Source: a virus
Lineage: Duplodnaviria > Heunggongvirae > Uroviricota > Caudoviricetes
DNA length: 38,006 nt
Direction: 5' to 3' (one strand)
IMG/VR virus record: IMGVR_UViG_2778261277_000017
Coordinates: 1-38,006 of that record
Shown here one piece after another: positions 18,806 through 28,085 of this stretch. A program made the translations under genes and the position numbers. The stretch's first letter is position 1; every line of letters begins with the position of its first letter. The notes beneath the pieces are model-generated. The model saw nothing but the letters and a program-made list of their open reading frames with translations, ran no database searches and was not told the origin of the DNA.

Positions 18806-20271
18806 TGGCACGAAACAAACAAGCCCTGCGGCGAACTGCGCAGGCCACAGCTGATGGTTATGAGAATTTTATTGCCCGCGTAGGGATGCAGACACCTAAC
18901 CAGCACTCAGCATCCACCTACCGGGCTAATTTCACCAGTCGTAACCGCATGCTGGTGGAATGGTCCTATCGTTCATCCTGGATCATCGGCGAAGCAGTCG
19001 ATGCTATCCCGGATGATATGACCCGCAAAGGCATTCGCATCACTTCGGAAATTGATGCAAAAGATCGTGGCATTCTCGAATCACAACTGGATGAGTTGCA
19101 AATCTGGGATGCGCTGAATGACGTGCTGAAATGGTCTCGCCTCTACGGCGGCGCGGTCGGCTTCATCATGATCGAGGGGCAGGCACCAATGACCCCGCTG
19201 CGACCCGAAACCATCGGTAAGGGCAAGTTTAAGGGGATTCTCCCGCTCGACCGCTGGATGATTGACCCGGTACTGACCCGCCGCATTAAAGATATGGGGC
19301 CGGACCTGGGTAAACCTGAGTTTTACGATGTGGTGACCACAGCAACGGGAATTCCTGCCTGGCGCATTCATCACAGTCGACTGATTCGCTTTGATGGCGT
19401 CACGCTGCCATTTCAGCAGAAGATGACCGAGAACGAATGGGGAATGTCGGTTGTAGAGCGTATCTGGGATCGTCTTACCGCGTTCGACAGCGCTACTGTC
19501 GGCGCGGCGCAGCTGGTCTACAAAGCGCATTTGCGTACCTACAGCGTGGAGAAGCTACGCGAGCTTATCGCACTTGGTGGTCCTGCGTATGAAGCGTTGC
19601 TGAAGAATATAGACCTGATTCGACAGTTCCAGAGCAATGAAGGCATGACGCTCATGGACTCGCGGGATAAGTTTGAAACTCATCAGTACAGCTTCAGTGG
19701 TCTGGATGACATCCTTTCACAGTTTGCAGAACAGATTAGTGGCGCTGTTGGTATCCCGCTGGTGCGCCTTTTCGGGCAGTCCCCGAAAGGCTTCTCTACC
19801 GGTGACGCAGACCTCGCCAACTATTACGACCGGGTGAGCTCGTTGCAGGAACGCCGCTTACGGCTGCCGATGCGTCGGATACTGGACATCATGCATCGTT
19901 CGGAGCTTGGCAAGCCGCTGCCGGACGATTTCACGTTTGAGTTTAACCCGCTCTGGCAAATGTCTGACGTTGACCGCTCAACGGTGGCCGTAAATACCAC
20001 CACCGCGATCAGCACCGCGCTGGGCGACGGATTGATGACGCGTAAGGCGGCAATGACCGACCTACGCGAAAACTCTGATGTCACCGGCATCGGGGCATCT
20101 ATTACCGACGAGGATATCGAGAATGCCGAAGACGAAGCGCCGCCAGGCATCGGCGAACTTGACGACAAACCGCCAGAGCCGCCAGGCGGAGATCCGATAT
20201 CGAACGAGCCTACGGCAGATAGCGCGGGCGGTCGGAGACATCGTAAATGGTCGCTACGATGGTTCAAATGA
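18805..20271 (+). CDS. Portal protein (Mu-like family suspected)
   Basis: 488-aa ORF after TerL with acidic disordered C-terminus; position and size are typical of portal genes. Confidence 0.7.
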   Translation: MARNKQALRRTAQATADGYENFIARVGMQTPNQHSASTYRANFTSRNRMLVEWSYRSSWIIGEAVDAIPDDMTRKGIRITSEIDAKDRGILESQLDELQIWDALNDVLKWSRLYGGAVGFIMIEGQAPMTPLRPETIGKGKFKGILPLDRWMIDPVLTRRIKDMGPDLGKPEFYDVVTTATGIPAWRIHHSRLIRFDGVTLPFQQKMTENEWGMSVVERIWDRLTAFDSATVGAAQLVYKAHLRTYSVEKLRELIALGGPAYEALLKNIDLIRQFQSNEGMTLMDSRDKFETHQYSFSGLDDILSQFAEQISGAVGIPLVRLFGQSPKGFSTGDADLANYYDRVSSLQERRLRLPMRRILDIMHRSELGKPLPDDFTFEFNPLWQMSDVDRSTVAVNTTTAISTALGDGLMTRKAAMTDLRENSDVTGIGASITDEDIENAEDEAPPGIGELDDKPPEPPGGDPISNEPTADSAGGRRHRKWSLRWFK

Positions 20272-20896
20272 CAGTATCACGGAAATTATTGAGGCGCTGG
20301 AACGCTACAGTGAAATCATCACCCCCTGGGCGACAAAGGTCGCGGAAAACTTTACTGCGGACCTAACCCGGCAGAACGAGAAAGTTTGGCGGCAACACAG
20401 CAAGAACATCAGTCGCGAGCTCCGCAATCTTGTGGAAAGCGCTCCTGTGGGCCAGGTGATGCAATCCATCATCGCCGAACAGGTCAAGTACATCAAATCG
20501 CTCCCCCTCGAGGCGGCTGACAGGGTGTACGACATCCAGAATCGGGCGATAGAAGCTGTTGTGACCGGTGGGAGAGCAGAACATTTTGCTAAAGAAATAG
20601 CCGCATCGGGTGATATAGCAAAGTCCAGAGCTGACCTGATTGCCCGTACTGAACTTGGACGTGCAACCGGCGCGCTGGATCAGGCGCGTGCGCTGTCAAT
20701 TGGTTCGAATGGTTATATTTGGCGTACAGCCGAAGATGGTGACGTCAGGCATTCTCATCGGGAAATGGAAGGTAAATTTGTCGAATGGGGCAAACCTCCA
20801 ACGCTTGACGGCATGACCGGTCACGCTGGCGAGCTCCCGAATTGTCGTTGTTATAAAGAAATCGTTTTTCCCACCTCCCAATCTTATCCCGCCTGA
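20123..20896 (+). CDS. Head morphogenesis protein, Mu gpF / SPP1 gp7 family
   Basis: C-terminal motif GYIWRTAEDGDVRHSHREMEGKF...NCRCY is characteristic of this family. First in-frame ATG with GAGGA Shine-Dalgarno is 20123, overlapping the portal 3' end. Confidence 0.75.
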   Translation: MPKTKRRQASANLTTNRQSRQAEIRYRTSLRQIARAVGDIVNGRYDGSNDSITEIIEALERYSEIITPWATKVAENFTADLTRQNEKVWRQHSKNISRELRNLVESAPVGQVMQSIIAEQVKYIKSLPLEAADRVYDIQNRAIEAVVTGGRAEHFAKEIAASGDIAKSRADLIARTELGRATGALDQARALSIGSNGYIWRTAEDGDVRHSHREMEGKFVEWGKPPTLDGMTGHAGELPNCRCYKEIVFPTSQSYPA

Positions 20897-20910
20897 ATCG
20901 CAGGTAACAC

Positions 20911-22131
20911 ATGAAATATTTTTTCAATACCCGGCTGGGGGAAACCCGCTATCAGCTGGCTGACGGCTCGTTGCTGTGCAGAGACGTGCCGATAGGACGA
21001 ACAGGTAAGCAGCTCTATGGTGCTGATGACCTGCCAAAACTGAAACCCGATAAGTTCGGTGAAATAGTCGTCACGCGTTCTCCTGAGCAGGTATTCCATC
21101 CGGCCACGCTTGCCTCATTCGAAGGGATGAGCATCACGATTCTGCATCCTGAAGATGAAAACGGGAATGTGCGGCTGGTAAATCCCGAGAACTGGAAAGA
21201 GCTTGCTGTCGGGCACCTCCAGAATGTCCGGCGCGGGACGGGTGAGCAGTCTGATTTGATGCTGGCTGACCTTATCGTCAAAGACGAAAACGCCATTCAG
21301 CTTATCGAAGATGGCCTGCGCGAAGTGTCGTGCGGCTATGACGCGGAGTACGAGCAGACCGAGCCAGGTAAAGCTGAGCAGGTCGATATTACCGGAAACC
21401 ATGTGGCTCTTGTCCCTAAAGGCAGAGCCGGAAATCGTTGTGCAATTGGAGACAGAGACACAATGGCAAATCAAAAGAAAAACTGGTGGAACCGCATGCG
21501 TGCGGCCATCAAGACAGGAGATGCCGACACCATGAACGAACTGGTGGAGTCGGCTCCCGCATCGGTTACAGGAGATGAGGGGGATTTGCCGCAGGGCGTT
21601 AATCTCAATATCAACCTGTCCCCGCAGCAACCACTACCGGACAAAGCACCAGAGATGGGTGGAGGTCCAACCGGCGACAGTGATGATGACCTCAAAACAT
21701 TACTGAAAGCCCTGCTGGCTAAGCTGGAAGGAAATGCCACGGGCGATAACGATAATAAGCCTGACGATAATCCGACCGGTGACGGCGAGGACGATGAAGA
21801 GGAAACCACGATTACTGGTGACTCAGCCTGGCGTGCCGAAGTTATCGTTCCGGGTATCGATCTGAGCCGTAAGATGAAACCGACCGCGTTCAAACGCGAG
21901 GTTCTGGCTTCCGCAGATAAAACGCTGGTTCGCCAGATCGTCGGTGATGCGGATATCCGCAAATTGCCGAAACAATCGGTCGACATGGCGTTTAATGCCG
22001 TGTCTGAGATTGCCAAAGGGCGAAACACCCGCGCCACCACCGGCGATGCACAGCGCCCAAACATGGGCATGACCAGTATCGCTTCCCTGAACAAACAAAA
22101 CGCTGAATTCTGGGCAAACCGTAAAGGGTAA
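20911..22131 (+). CDS. Putative prohead protease/scaffolding protein
   Basis: 406-aa ORF with acidic low-complexity C-terminal half (GDSDDDLKTLLKALLAKLEGNATGDNDNKPDDNPTGDGEDDEEE); lies between the head morphogenesis and capsid genes. Confidence 0.5.
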   Translation: MKYFFNTRLGETRYQLADGSLLCRDVPIGRTGKQLYGADDLPKLKPDKFGEIVVTRSPEQVFHPATLASFEGMSITILHPEDENGNVRLVNPENWKELAVGHLQNVRRGTGEQSDLMLADLIVKDENAIQLIEDGLREVSCGYDAEYEQTEPGKAEQVDITGNHVALVPKGRAGNRCAIGDRDTMANQKKNWWNRMRAAIKTGDADTMNELVESAPASVTGDEGDLPQGVNLNINLSPQQPLPDKAPEMGGGPTGDSDDDLKTLLKALLAKLEGNATGDNDNKPDDNPTGDGEDDEEETTITGDSAWRAEVIVPGIDLSRKMKPTAFKREVLASADKTLVRQIVGDADIRKLPKQSVDMAFNAVSEIAKGRNTRATTGDAQRPNMGMTSIASLNKQNAEFWANRKG

Positions 22132-22134
22132 AAA

Positions 22135-22641
22135 ATGAATAATGTATTTCTGTACCGGATGCCTGTTGGCATTGCCGGGGCTATCTCTCGCCCGCAGGAC
22201 TTAACCGTCGAACCGGTGGTCCTTAAATCCGATAACGCCTTCGCTGCCTATGGCCTGGCTGGTAAATACGATGATGACGGTTTTTTCGTGCCGCTGGCAG
22301 ATGGTGATACCGCAGACAAGGTGAAGGGGATCTACGTGCGCCCTTATCCGACCACTTCGCAGCCGGACATGGTTCGCCAGGTGGGGAGTGGCAAGAACTT
22401 CCCGGGCGACGCCATGAAACGTGGCTACGTGACCGTTAATCTCGGTTCTGATTTTGATGCCAGCACCATCAAAAAAGGCGACCCGGTATACGTTGTCGTC
22501 TCCACTGATGAATCCATCAAAGTGCCGCTGGGTGGATTCATGTCCACGTCAGTCAGTGGCAAAAACGTGGTGCTGACCAACGCTGAATTCACAGGTGCCG
22601 GTGATGCTAACGGCAATGCAGAAATTTCCTGGAAGATTTAA
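22135..22641 (+). CDS. Head structural protein (possible decoration protein)
   Basis: 168-aa ORF immediately upstream of the putative major capsid gene. Confidence 0.4.
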   Translation: MNNVFLYRMPVGIAGAISRPQDLTVEPVVLKSDNAFAAYGLAGKYDDDGFFVPLADGDTADKVKGIYVRPYPTTSQPDMVRQVGSGKNFPGDAMKRGYVTVNLGSDFDASTIKKGDPVYVVVSTDESIKVPLGGFMSTSVSGKNVVLTNAEFTGAGDANGNAEISWKI

Positions 22642-22652
22642 GGAACAGACGA

Positions 22653-23594
22653 ATGATTACTTTTGATCAGGCAACCGTTGACAGCTCTGGTGTCTTTCTC
22701 ATCGGGGAGCTGGAGCGACTCGACCAGACGCTGAATCTGCCACTGGTGGGGTACACCTGGACCCGCGATATCCAACTGCGTGAAGATGTCTCCATCGCAG
22801 ATGACATTTCCAGCTGGACGAATACCAGCTTCGCCGCTGCGGGTACTGGTGCAAATCCGAATGGCAAAAACTGGGTAGGCAAAGACTCAACCGCTATTGC
22901 TGGCGTGAACGTGGATATCGGCAAATCCGGTAACCCGCTGAACCTGTGGGGGATGGAACTTGGCTGGACGGTCATAGAATTGCAGGCTGCTCAGCAGGTC
23001 GGACGCCCGATTGATACGCAGAAGTATGACGGGATGCAACTGAAATGGCAGATGGATAACGATGAACAGGTGTATGTTGGCGATTCCGCATTAAACCTGA
23101 AAGGCCTTGTTACCCTGGACGGCGTGCCTGTCAACAACGCTGCCAAAACGTGGGCAACCTCAACACCGGACGAAATCCGCGCAAGCATTAACCAGGTGCT
23201 GTCTGATGCGTGGGCCGCTTCCGGTTACTCTGTGGTTCCGCGTGATTTGCTGATCCCGCCTGAGCAGTTTGCTCTGTTGTCCAGCATCATCGTTTCATCT
23301 GCGGGTAACCAGTCCCTGTTGACGTACCTTCAGACCAACACCATCAGCTATCACCAGAACGGTGTTCCGCTGAATATCCGCGCGGTTAAATGGCTGAAAG
23401 GCCGTGGTGTGGGGAATAAGGATCGCATGGTTGCGTACACCAACGATAAAAAATACGTCCGCTACCCGCTGGTTCCGCTTCAGAGCGTGCCGGTGCAGTA
23501 TCGCGGTCTGTATCAGATCGTCACTTACTACGGCAAGCTGGGTGCAGTCGAGCCAGTGTATAAAGAAACTCTGTCCTATGTGGACGGTATCTGA
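22653..23594 (+). CDS. Putative major capsid protein
   Basis: 313-aa ORF in the expected position after scaffold/decoration genes; high-GC codon usage typical of structural genes. Confidence 0.6.
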   Translation: MITFDQATVDSSGVFLIGELERLDQTLNLPLVGYTWTRDIQLREDVSIADDISSWTNTSFAAAGTGANPNGKNWVGKDSTAIAGVNVDIGKSGNPLNLWGMELGWTVIELQAAQQVGRPIDTQKYDGMQLKWQMDNDEQVYVGDSALNLKGLVTLDGVPVNNAAKTWATSTPDEIRASINQVLSDAWAASGYSVVPRDLLIPPEQFALLSSIIVSSAGNQSLLTYLQTNTISYHQNGVPLNIRAVKWLKGRGVGNKDRMVAYTNDKKYVRYPLVPLQSVPVQYRGLYQIVTYYGKLGAVEPVYKETLSYVDGI

Positions 23595-23634
23595 TAACCA
23601 GAATGGCCCCGAAATGGGCCTGAAGGAAACTGAA

Positions 23635-24003
23635 ATGGCGAAAGAAAAGCTGGTTACCATCCATGTTCACACCCCGTTTACGCTGACGCTCGGCGATCAG
23701 TCAAAACAGGAGTTTGGCCGGGGACGGCATAACGTACCGGAAGAGGTCGCGTCGCACTGGTTCACCCAGGCGCACTCTGAGCTTTCCGAAAGCGTGATTA
23801 GCGACACCGATGATCTGCAACCCATTATCGACGGCCTGCAAGCGCAGATTGCCGACAAAGATAAGCTGATTGCCGATCTGAAAGATGCATTGCTCAAACT
23901 GCAGGAGCAGAACGACAGCCTGCAGGCGCAGATTACTGCCGCCCGGACTGGCGGTAATGGGGCTAAAGATGCCAAAGAATCAAAGTCTGCCAGCGGTAAG
24001 TGA
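23635..24003 (+). CDS. Hypothetical head-associated protein with coiled coil
   Basis: ATG at 23635 preceded by GAAGGAAA; coiled-coil C-terminus ([33 protein letters not shown]). Confidence 0.45.
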   Translation: MAKEKLVTIHVHTPFTLTLGDQSKQEFGRGRHNVPEEVASHWFTQAHSELSESVISDTDDLQPIIDGLQAQIADKDKLIADLKDALLKLQEQNDSLQAQITAARTGGNGAKDAKESKSASGK

Positions 24004-24376
24004 TTTTCGCCGCGACTTCCCGCAGTTTGCTGACCCGGCAAAATATCCCGACGCCCAAATCGGGTTCCGTCTGAATCTGGCCGATGAACTGCTGAGTGAA
24101 AACGTCACCGGCAAAAAGTTGTTTCCGTACTTTGCCGGATTGTTCGTTGCGCACTACATGACGCTCTGGGCGGCAGACAGCAGAGCGATGCTGGCTGGTG
24201 GTCCGGGCGGTTCAACCAATGGTGTTCAGTCCTCAAAGTCCGTGGATAAGGTAAGCGTCAGCTATGACACCAGCGCGACGCTGAATCCTGATGCAGGTTT
24301 CTGGAATAACACCCGATATGGCGCTGAATTTTATCAGTTGATCACGATGTTCGGTGCAGGCGGTCGCCAGCTATGA
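23957..24376 (+). CDS. Hypothetical head-tail connector/completion protein (start 23957 or 23969)
   Basis: ORF in the structural operon. Confidence 0.45.
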   Translation: MGLKMPKNQSLPAVSDFRRDFPQFADPAKYPDAQIGFRLNLADELLSENVTGKKLFPYFAGLFVAHYMTLWAADSRAMLAGGPGGSTNGVQSSKSVDKVSVSYDTSATLNPDAGFWNNTRYGAEFYQLITMFGAGGRQL

Positions 24377-24927
24377 GTTTCAAAAGCGGTGTAACAACGA
24401 GGGTGGATAACGCTAAGGCCATTCTGGATGCGCTCAGGTCGTTAACCAAAAAAGATGTGCTGGTCGGCATCCCTTCGGAAGACAGCGGGCGGGATGATGT
24501 TCCGTTTGGTAATGCGGGCATCGGTTACCTCAACGAATACGGCTCACCAGAGCAGAACATCCCGCCACGACCTCACCTGGTCCCCGGCGTTAAATCGGCA
24601 GAAGAGCAGACGGTGCCGCAGCTCAAAACCGCGGCACAGGCTGCTCTTGATGGTAATGCTGCGGGAGCAGAACGCGCACTCAACCGTGCCGGAACGCTGG
24701 CTGCTAATGGCGTCAGGCGTTACATGACTATTACCGGCTTTACGCCGCTTGCTGACAGCACTGTTGAAGCCCGGGCTCGTCGGGGGCGCAAGGGGGCAAC
24801 ACTGGAACTTGCCCGGCGTGTTGCTGGCGAATCTCCCGGAACCGATCTGGCGAAACCATTAATTGACACCGGGCAATATCGCAGAGCTATTACCCATGTA
24901 GTGAGGGATAAAGATGCCGACTCTTGA
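24373..24927 (+). CDS. Hypothetical structural protein
   Basis: 184-aa ORF with ATGA-type overlap upstream, in the structural operon. Confidence 0.45.
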   Translation: MSFKSGVTTRVDNAKAILDALRSLTKKDVLVGIPSEDSGRDDVPFGNAGIGYLNEYGSPEQNIPPRPHLVPGVKSAEEQTVPQLKTAAQAALDGNAAGAERALNRAGTLAANGVRRYMTITGFTPLADSTVEARARRGRKGATLELARRVAGESPGTDLAKPLIDTGQYRRAITHVVRDKDADS

Positions 24928-25303
24928 TGTAACAGATGTGCTTTTTGACCCCGATTTTTGCGACTTCAATTTGTGGGTAACACGCCGAGTGCAAACGGTG
25001 GATGAGGACGGGATCGGCAGCGACAGTGAAGTTAAAAAGCAGTTTGCCGGAGTCGTAACTGTTGATCGCTCTCTGGAAAACCGCCGTATGCAGGCAGGGC
25101 AGGTAATCAGCGGTGCAATTCTGATTGTGACGACTGAGCGACTGACGCAGGGACAGACTGGCCGTGATGCCGATATCGTGACGTATCAGGGCCGTGATTA
25201 TCGTGTGACCTTCGTCGACCCGTATACAGCTTATGGGGCCGGATTCGTTCAGGCGCATTGTGAGTTGATGCCGTTTGATGGAGGAACTCCGGTTGAGCAA
25301 TAA
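24914..25303 (+). CDS. Hypothetical structural protein (head-tail joining candidate)
   Basis: 129-aa ORF, tightly packed in the structural operon. Confidence 0.45.
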   Translation: MPTLDVTDVLFDPDFCDFNLWVTRRVQTVDEDGIGSDSEVKKQFAGVVTVDRSLENRRMQAGQVISGAILIVTTERLTQGQTGRDADIVTYQGRDYRVTFVDPYTAYGAGFVQAHCELMPFDGGTPVEQ

Positions 25304-25841
25304 CACCAGTACAGAGCGCGGATGGTTAATACCAACCAGTGGCGATCCGGATTATGACGAAGCGCTCGACAGGCTGTTAAGCCAGTGGATGCGTAACGTT
25401 TCCGGTTTGTCTGCCGGGATGGTTCGCCCGCGCTGGCAGAAAGAGCAGCCGCCACTGCTACCGGTTGAAACGAACTGGTGTGCGTTTGGGGTTATCGGAT
25501 GGTCAGGTGATGACAGTCCGGCATTCACCAGACAGACCGATGATGGCTCTCAGCTCTGGCGGCATGAAACGATTGAGTGTATGGCTTCGTTTTATGGACC
25601 GGCGGGGATGGTGTATGCGTCCCGGTTTCGTGACGGTATATCTGTGCCGCAGAACAATGCAGCACTGAATGCGCTGGGGCTGTCTCTTGGCGATTACACA
25701 GGTCTGACTCCCTTCCCTGAACTTATTAATCAGCAATGGGTCCGCCGCTACGATATGACGGTGTGCCTGCGCCGGAAGGTTGTGCGCGAGTACGGTATTA
25801 AATCGCTGGTGGAAGCACCAGTCATCTTTTTCGGAGATTAA
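25275..25841 (+). CDS. Hypothetical structural protein (tail completion candidate)
   Basis: 188-aa ORF preceding the major tail genes. Confidence 0.45.
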   Translation: MMEELRLSNNTSTERGWLIPTSGDPDYDEALDRLLSQWMRNVSGLSAGMVRPRWQKEQPPLLPVETNWCAFGVIGWSGDDSPAFTRQTDDGSQLWRHETIECMASFYGPAGMVYASRFRDGISVPQNNAALNALGLSLGDYTGLTPFPELINQQWVRRYDMTVCLRRKVVREYGIKSLVEAPVIFFGD

Positions 25842-25844
25842 GCT

Positions 25845-26990
25845 ATGGCACAGGGCTTGCCTGTATCAAACGTTGTTAATGTTGATGTGATCATGTCGCC
25901 GCGTGCAGCATCAGGGCGAAATTTTGGTGCATTACTCATTCTCGGCCCGTCCACAATCATTCCGGTAAGTGAGCGCATTCGTCGTTATTCTGCCGCGGAA
26001 GATATTGGAAAAGATTTTGGCGTGGAATCACCAGAATATAAAGCTGCGCAGGTGTTTTTCTCACAATCACCGAAACCTCAGGAGGTTTTTGTCGGTCGTT
26101 GGGTGAAAACGAAGGGAGACAGCGAACAGGCCACGCCTGAGACGCTGGAGCAGGCTGTGAATGCCATGCTTGATTATACTTCATGGTATGGACTGGGGAT
26201 TGCAGACGATGAAGATATTCCGGATGCAGACTGGCTGAAAGTGGCTGCGGCGATCGAATCCTCTTCTGTAAGCCGTATTCTGGCGATTACGACAAGCGAT
26301 GAGAAATGCCTGCAGACTGCATCCAGAGATGATTTGGCATCAAAACTGAAAACCGCCGGATATTCACGCAGTTTTATTCAGTATTCATCGGGTAATAAAT
26401 ACGCTGCGTTATCTGCATTTGGCCGGGCATTCACGGTTAATTTCAATGGCAGTAATACCGCGATTACGCTCAAGTTTAAGCAGGAGCCGGGGGTCGGGTA
26501 TGAAACACTGACAGTCAGCCAGGCATCGGCACTTGATGCAAAAAACTGCAATGTGTTCGTGTACTACCAGAATGATACAGCTATCCTCCAGCAGGGAGTG
26601 ATGGCTAACGGCGATTTCTTTGATGAACGCCACGGCCTGGACTGGTTACAGAATTATGTGCAGACCAGCCTCTATAACCTGCTTTATACCAGCACCACGA
26701 AAGTTCCCCAGACTGAAGCCGGTATTACCCGACTGTTATCAAATGTTGAAAAATCACTGGATCAGGCCGTTCAGAATGGACTGATTGCTCCGGGCGTATG
26801 GAAAGGTGGCGACCTGGGTCAGTTGTCATCAGGTGACACGCTGCCCAAAGGTTATTACGTATACGCCCAGCCGCTGGATGAACAGGCACAATCAGAACGT
26901 GAAGCCCGTAAGGCTCCGGTGATTCAGGCTGCAATAAAACTTGCAGGCGCGGTTCATTACGCTGACGTACAGATTAACGTTGTTCGCTAA
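25845..26990 (+). CDS. Tail sheath-like / major tail protein
   Basis: 381-aa ORF directly upstream of the small tube-like protein, chaperone and tape measure genes. Family assignment is from memory. Confidence 0.5.
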   Translation: MAQGLPVSNVVNVDVIMSPRAASGRNFGALLILGPSTIIPVSERIRRYSAAEDIGKDFGVESPEYKAAQVFFSQSPKPQEVFVGRWVKTKGDSEQATPETLEQAVNAMLDYTSWYGLGIADDEDIPDADWLKVAAAIESSSVSRILAITTSDEKCLQTASRDDLASKLKTAGYSRSFIQYSSGNKYAALSAFGRAFTVNFNGSNTAITLKFKQEPGVGYETLTVSQASALDAKNCNVFVYYQNDTAILQQGVMANGDFFDERHGLDWLQNYVQTSLYNLLYTSTTKVPQTEAGITRLLSNVEKSLDQAVQNGLIAPGVWKGGDLGQLSSGDTLPKGYYVYAQPLDEQAQSEREARKAPVIQAAIKLAGAVHYADVQINVVR

Positions 26991-27000
26991 GGGGAAGTGA

Positions 27001-27441
27001 ATGTCTACCTATTCTTTTATGGATGTCACTGCGACGCTGACCGGGCCGACCGGTTCGATTGACCTCGGGTACGGTTCGGCAAGTTCTGAAGAGGGGATTG
27101 TGGTTGCGATGGGCGGTCCTAAAAACACCATGACCATCGGTGCTGATGGCGAAGTGATGCACAGTCTCCATGCAGATAAAAGCGGGACGATTACCGTTAA
27201 CCTTCTGAAGACATCACCGACAAATAAAAAATTGTCGCTGGCGTATAACGCACAGAGCCAGTCTTCTGCCACATGGGGGAATAACGTTATCGTGATCCGC
27301 AACAAGGTCAGCGGCGACATCATCACGGCACGCAGTGTTGCGTTCCAGAAACAACCGGATAACGCCAACGCTGAAACCGGTAATACGATGCCGTGGGTGT
27401 TTGACTGCGGCAAGATTGACCAGGTTCTCGGGGAGTTTTAA
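27001..27441 (+). CDS. Tail tube-like protein
   Basis: 146-aa ORF between the sheath-like gene and the chaperone gene; GGGGAAG Shine-Dalgarno. Confidence 0.5.
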   Translation: MSTYSFMDVTATLTGPTGSIDLGYGSASSEEGIVVAMGGPKNTMTIGADGEVMHSLHADKSGTITVNLLKTSPTNKKLSLAYNAQSQSSATWGNNVIVIRNKVSGDIITARSVAFQKQPDNANAETGNTMPWVFDCGKIDQVLGEF

Positions 27442-27444
27442 TAC

Positions 27445-27897
27445 ATGGAATTCGAAATCAAAGGCGTGAAATATCGCGTGGCAAAACTCAGCGTTTTTGA
27501 CCAGCTGAAAGTGACCCGCAAACTTCTGCCGGTGCTGGCAGGAATGATGTCAGATTTCGGGAGCATTCGCTCCCGTTTGCCTGCTGATGGCAAAATCGAC
27601 ACCGTGAAATTCGAGCAGTTAAAACCGGTGTTTGAAACCATGCTCCCGCGTATCGCTGAGGAACTGTCTTCCCTGACCGAAGATGACACCGATGCGATTA
27701 TTCATCCCTGTCTTGCGGTGGTATCGCGGCGTCATATGGACGGATGGGTGCCAGTATTTACCCGGGGCGAACTGATGTTTGATGATATTGACCTGCTGGT
27801 CATGCTTCATCTGGTGGCGCGGGTGGTCGCCGATTCGCTGGGAAATTTTTTGCCTACACCCCTTACCAGCACGACGCAGAGCCTGCAACAGGGCTGA
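27445..27897 (+). CDS. Tail assembly chaperone (upstream frame of a -1 frameshift pair)
   Basis: 150-aa ORF immediately before the tape measure gene; contains slippery heptamer AAATTTT near its 3' end with an open -1 frame beyond it. Confidence 0.65.
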   Translation: MEFEIKGVKYRVAKLSVFDQLKVTRKLLPVLAGMMSDFGSIRSRLPADGKIDTVKFEQLKPVFETMLPRIAEELSSLTEDDTDAIIHPCLAVVSRRHMDGWVPVFTRGELMFDDIDLLVMLHLVARVVADSLGNFLPTPLTSTTQSLQQG

Positions 27898-28085
27898 CGT
27901 TTAACAGCCTGCCTGACGGGCTGTCCTACCTTCTCAATCCGGTTGACGCCGGGTTAATTCCTTATACAGCACTTAAAGATGGCTCTGTCGATTTGTACGA
28001 CATTGCTCTCTTGAATGACCATCTGGCGGTAAAAGCGGATAACCAGCGGCGCATTGAGAAATGGAGAGAGGATAATGAACGCTGA
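27843..28085 (+). other. Programmed -1 translational frameshift site and chaperone extension frame
   Basis: X_XXY_YYZ heptamer A_AAT_TTT at 27843-27849; the -1 frame stays open to a TGA at 28083-28085, overlapping the tape measure start. Confidence 0.5.

Noticed and set aside
21471-22172. 233-aa minus-strand ORF
   Set aside because: Antisense to the scaffold/protease-like gene; Ser/Pro/Ala-rich low-complexity translation typical of a mirror frame of a GC-rich gene.
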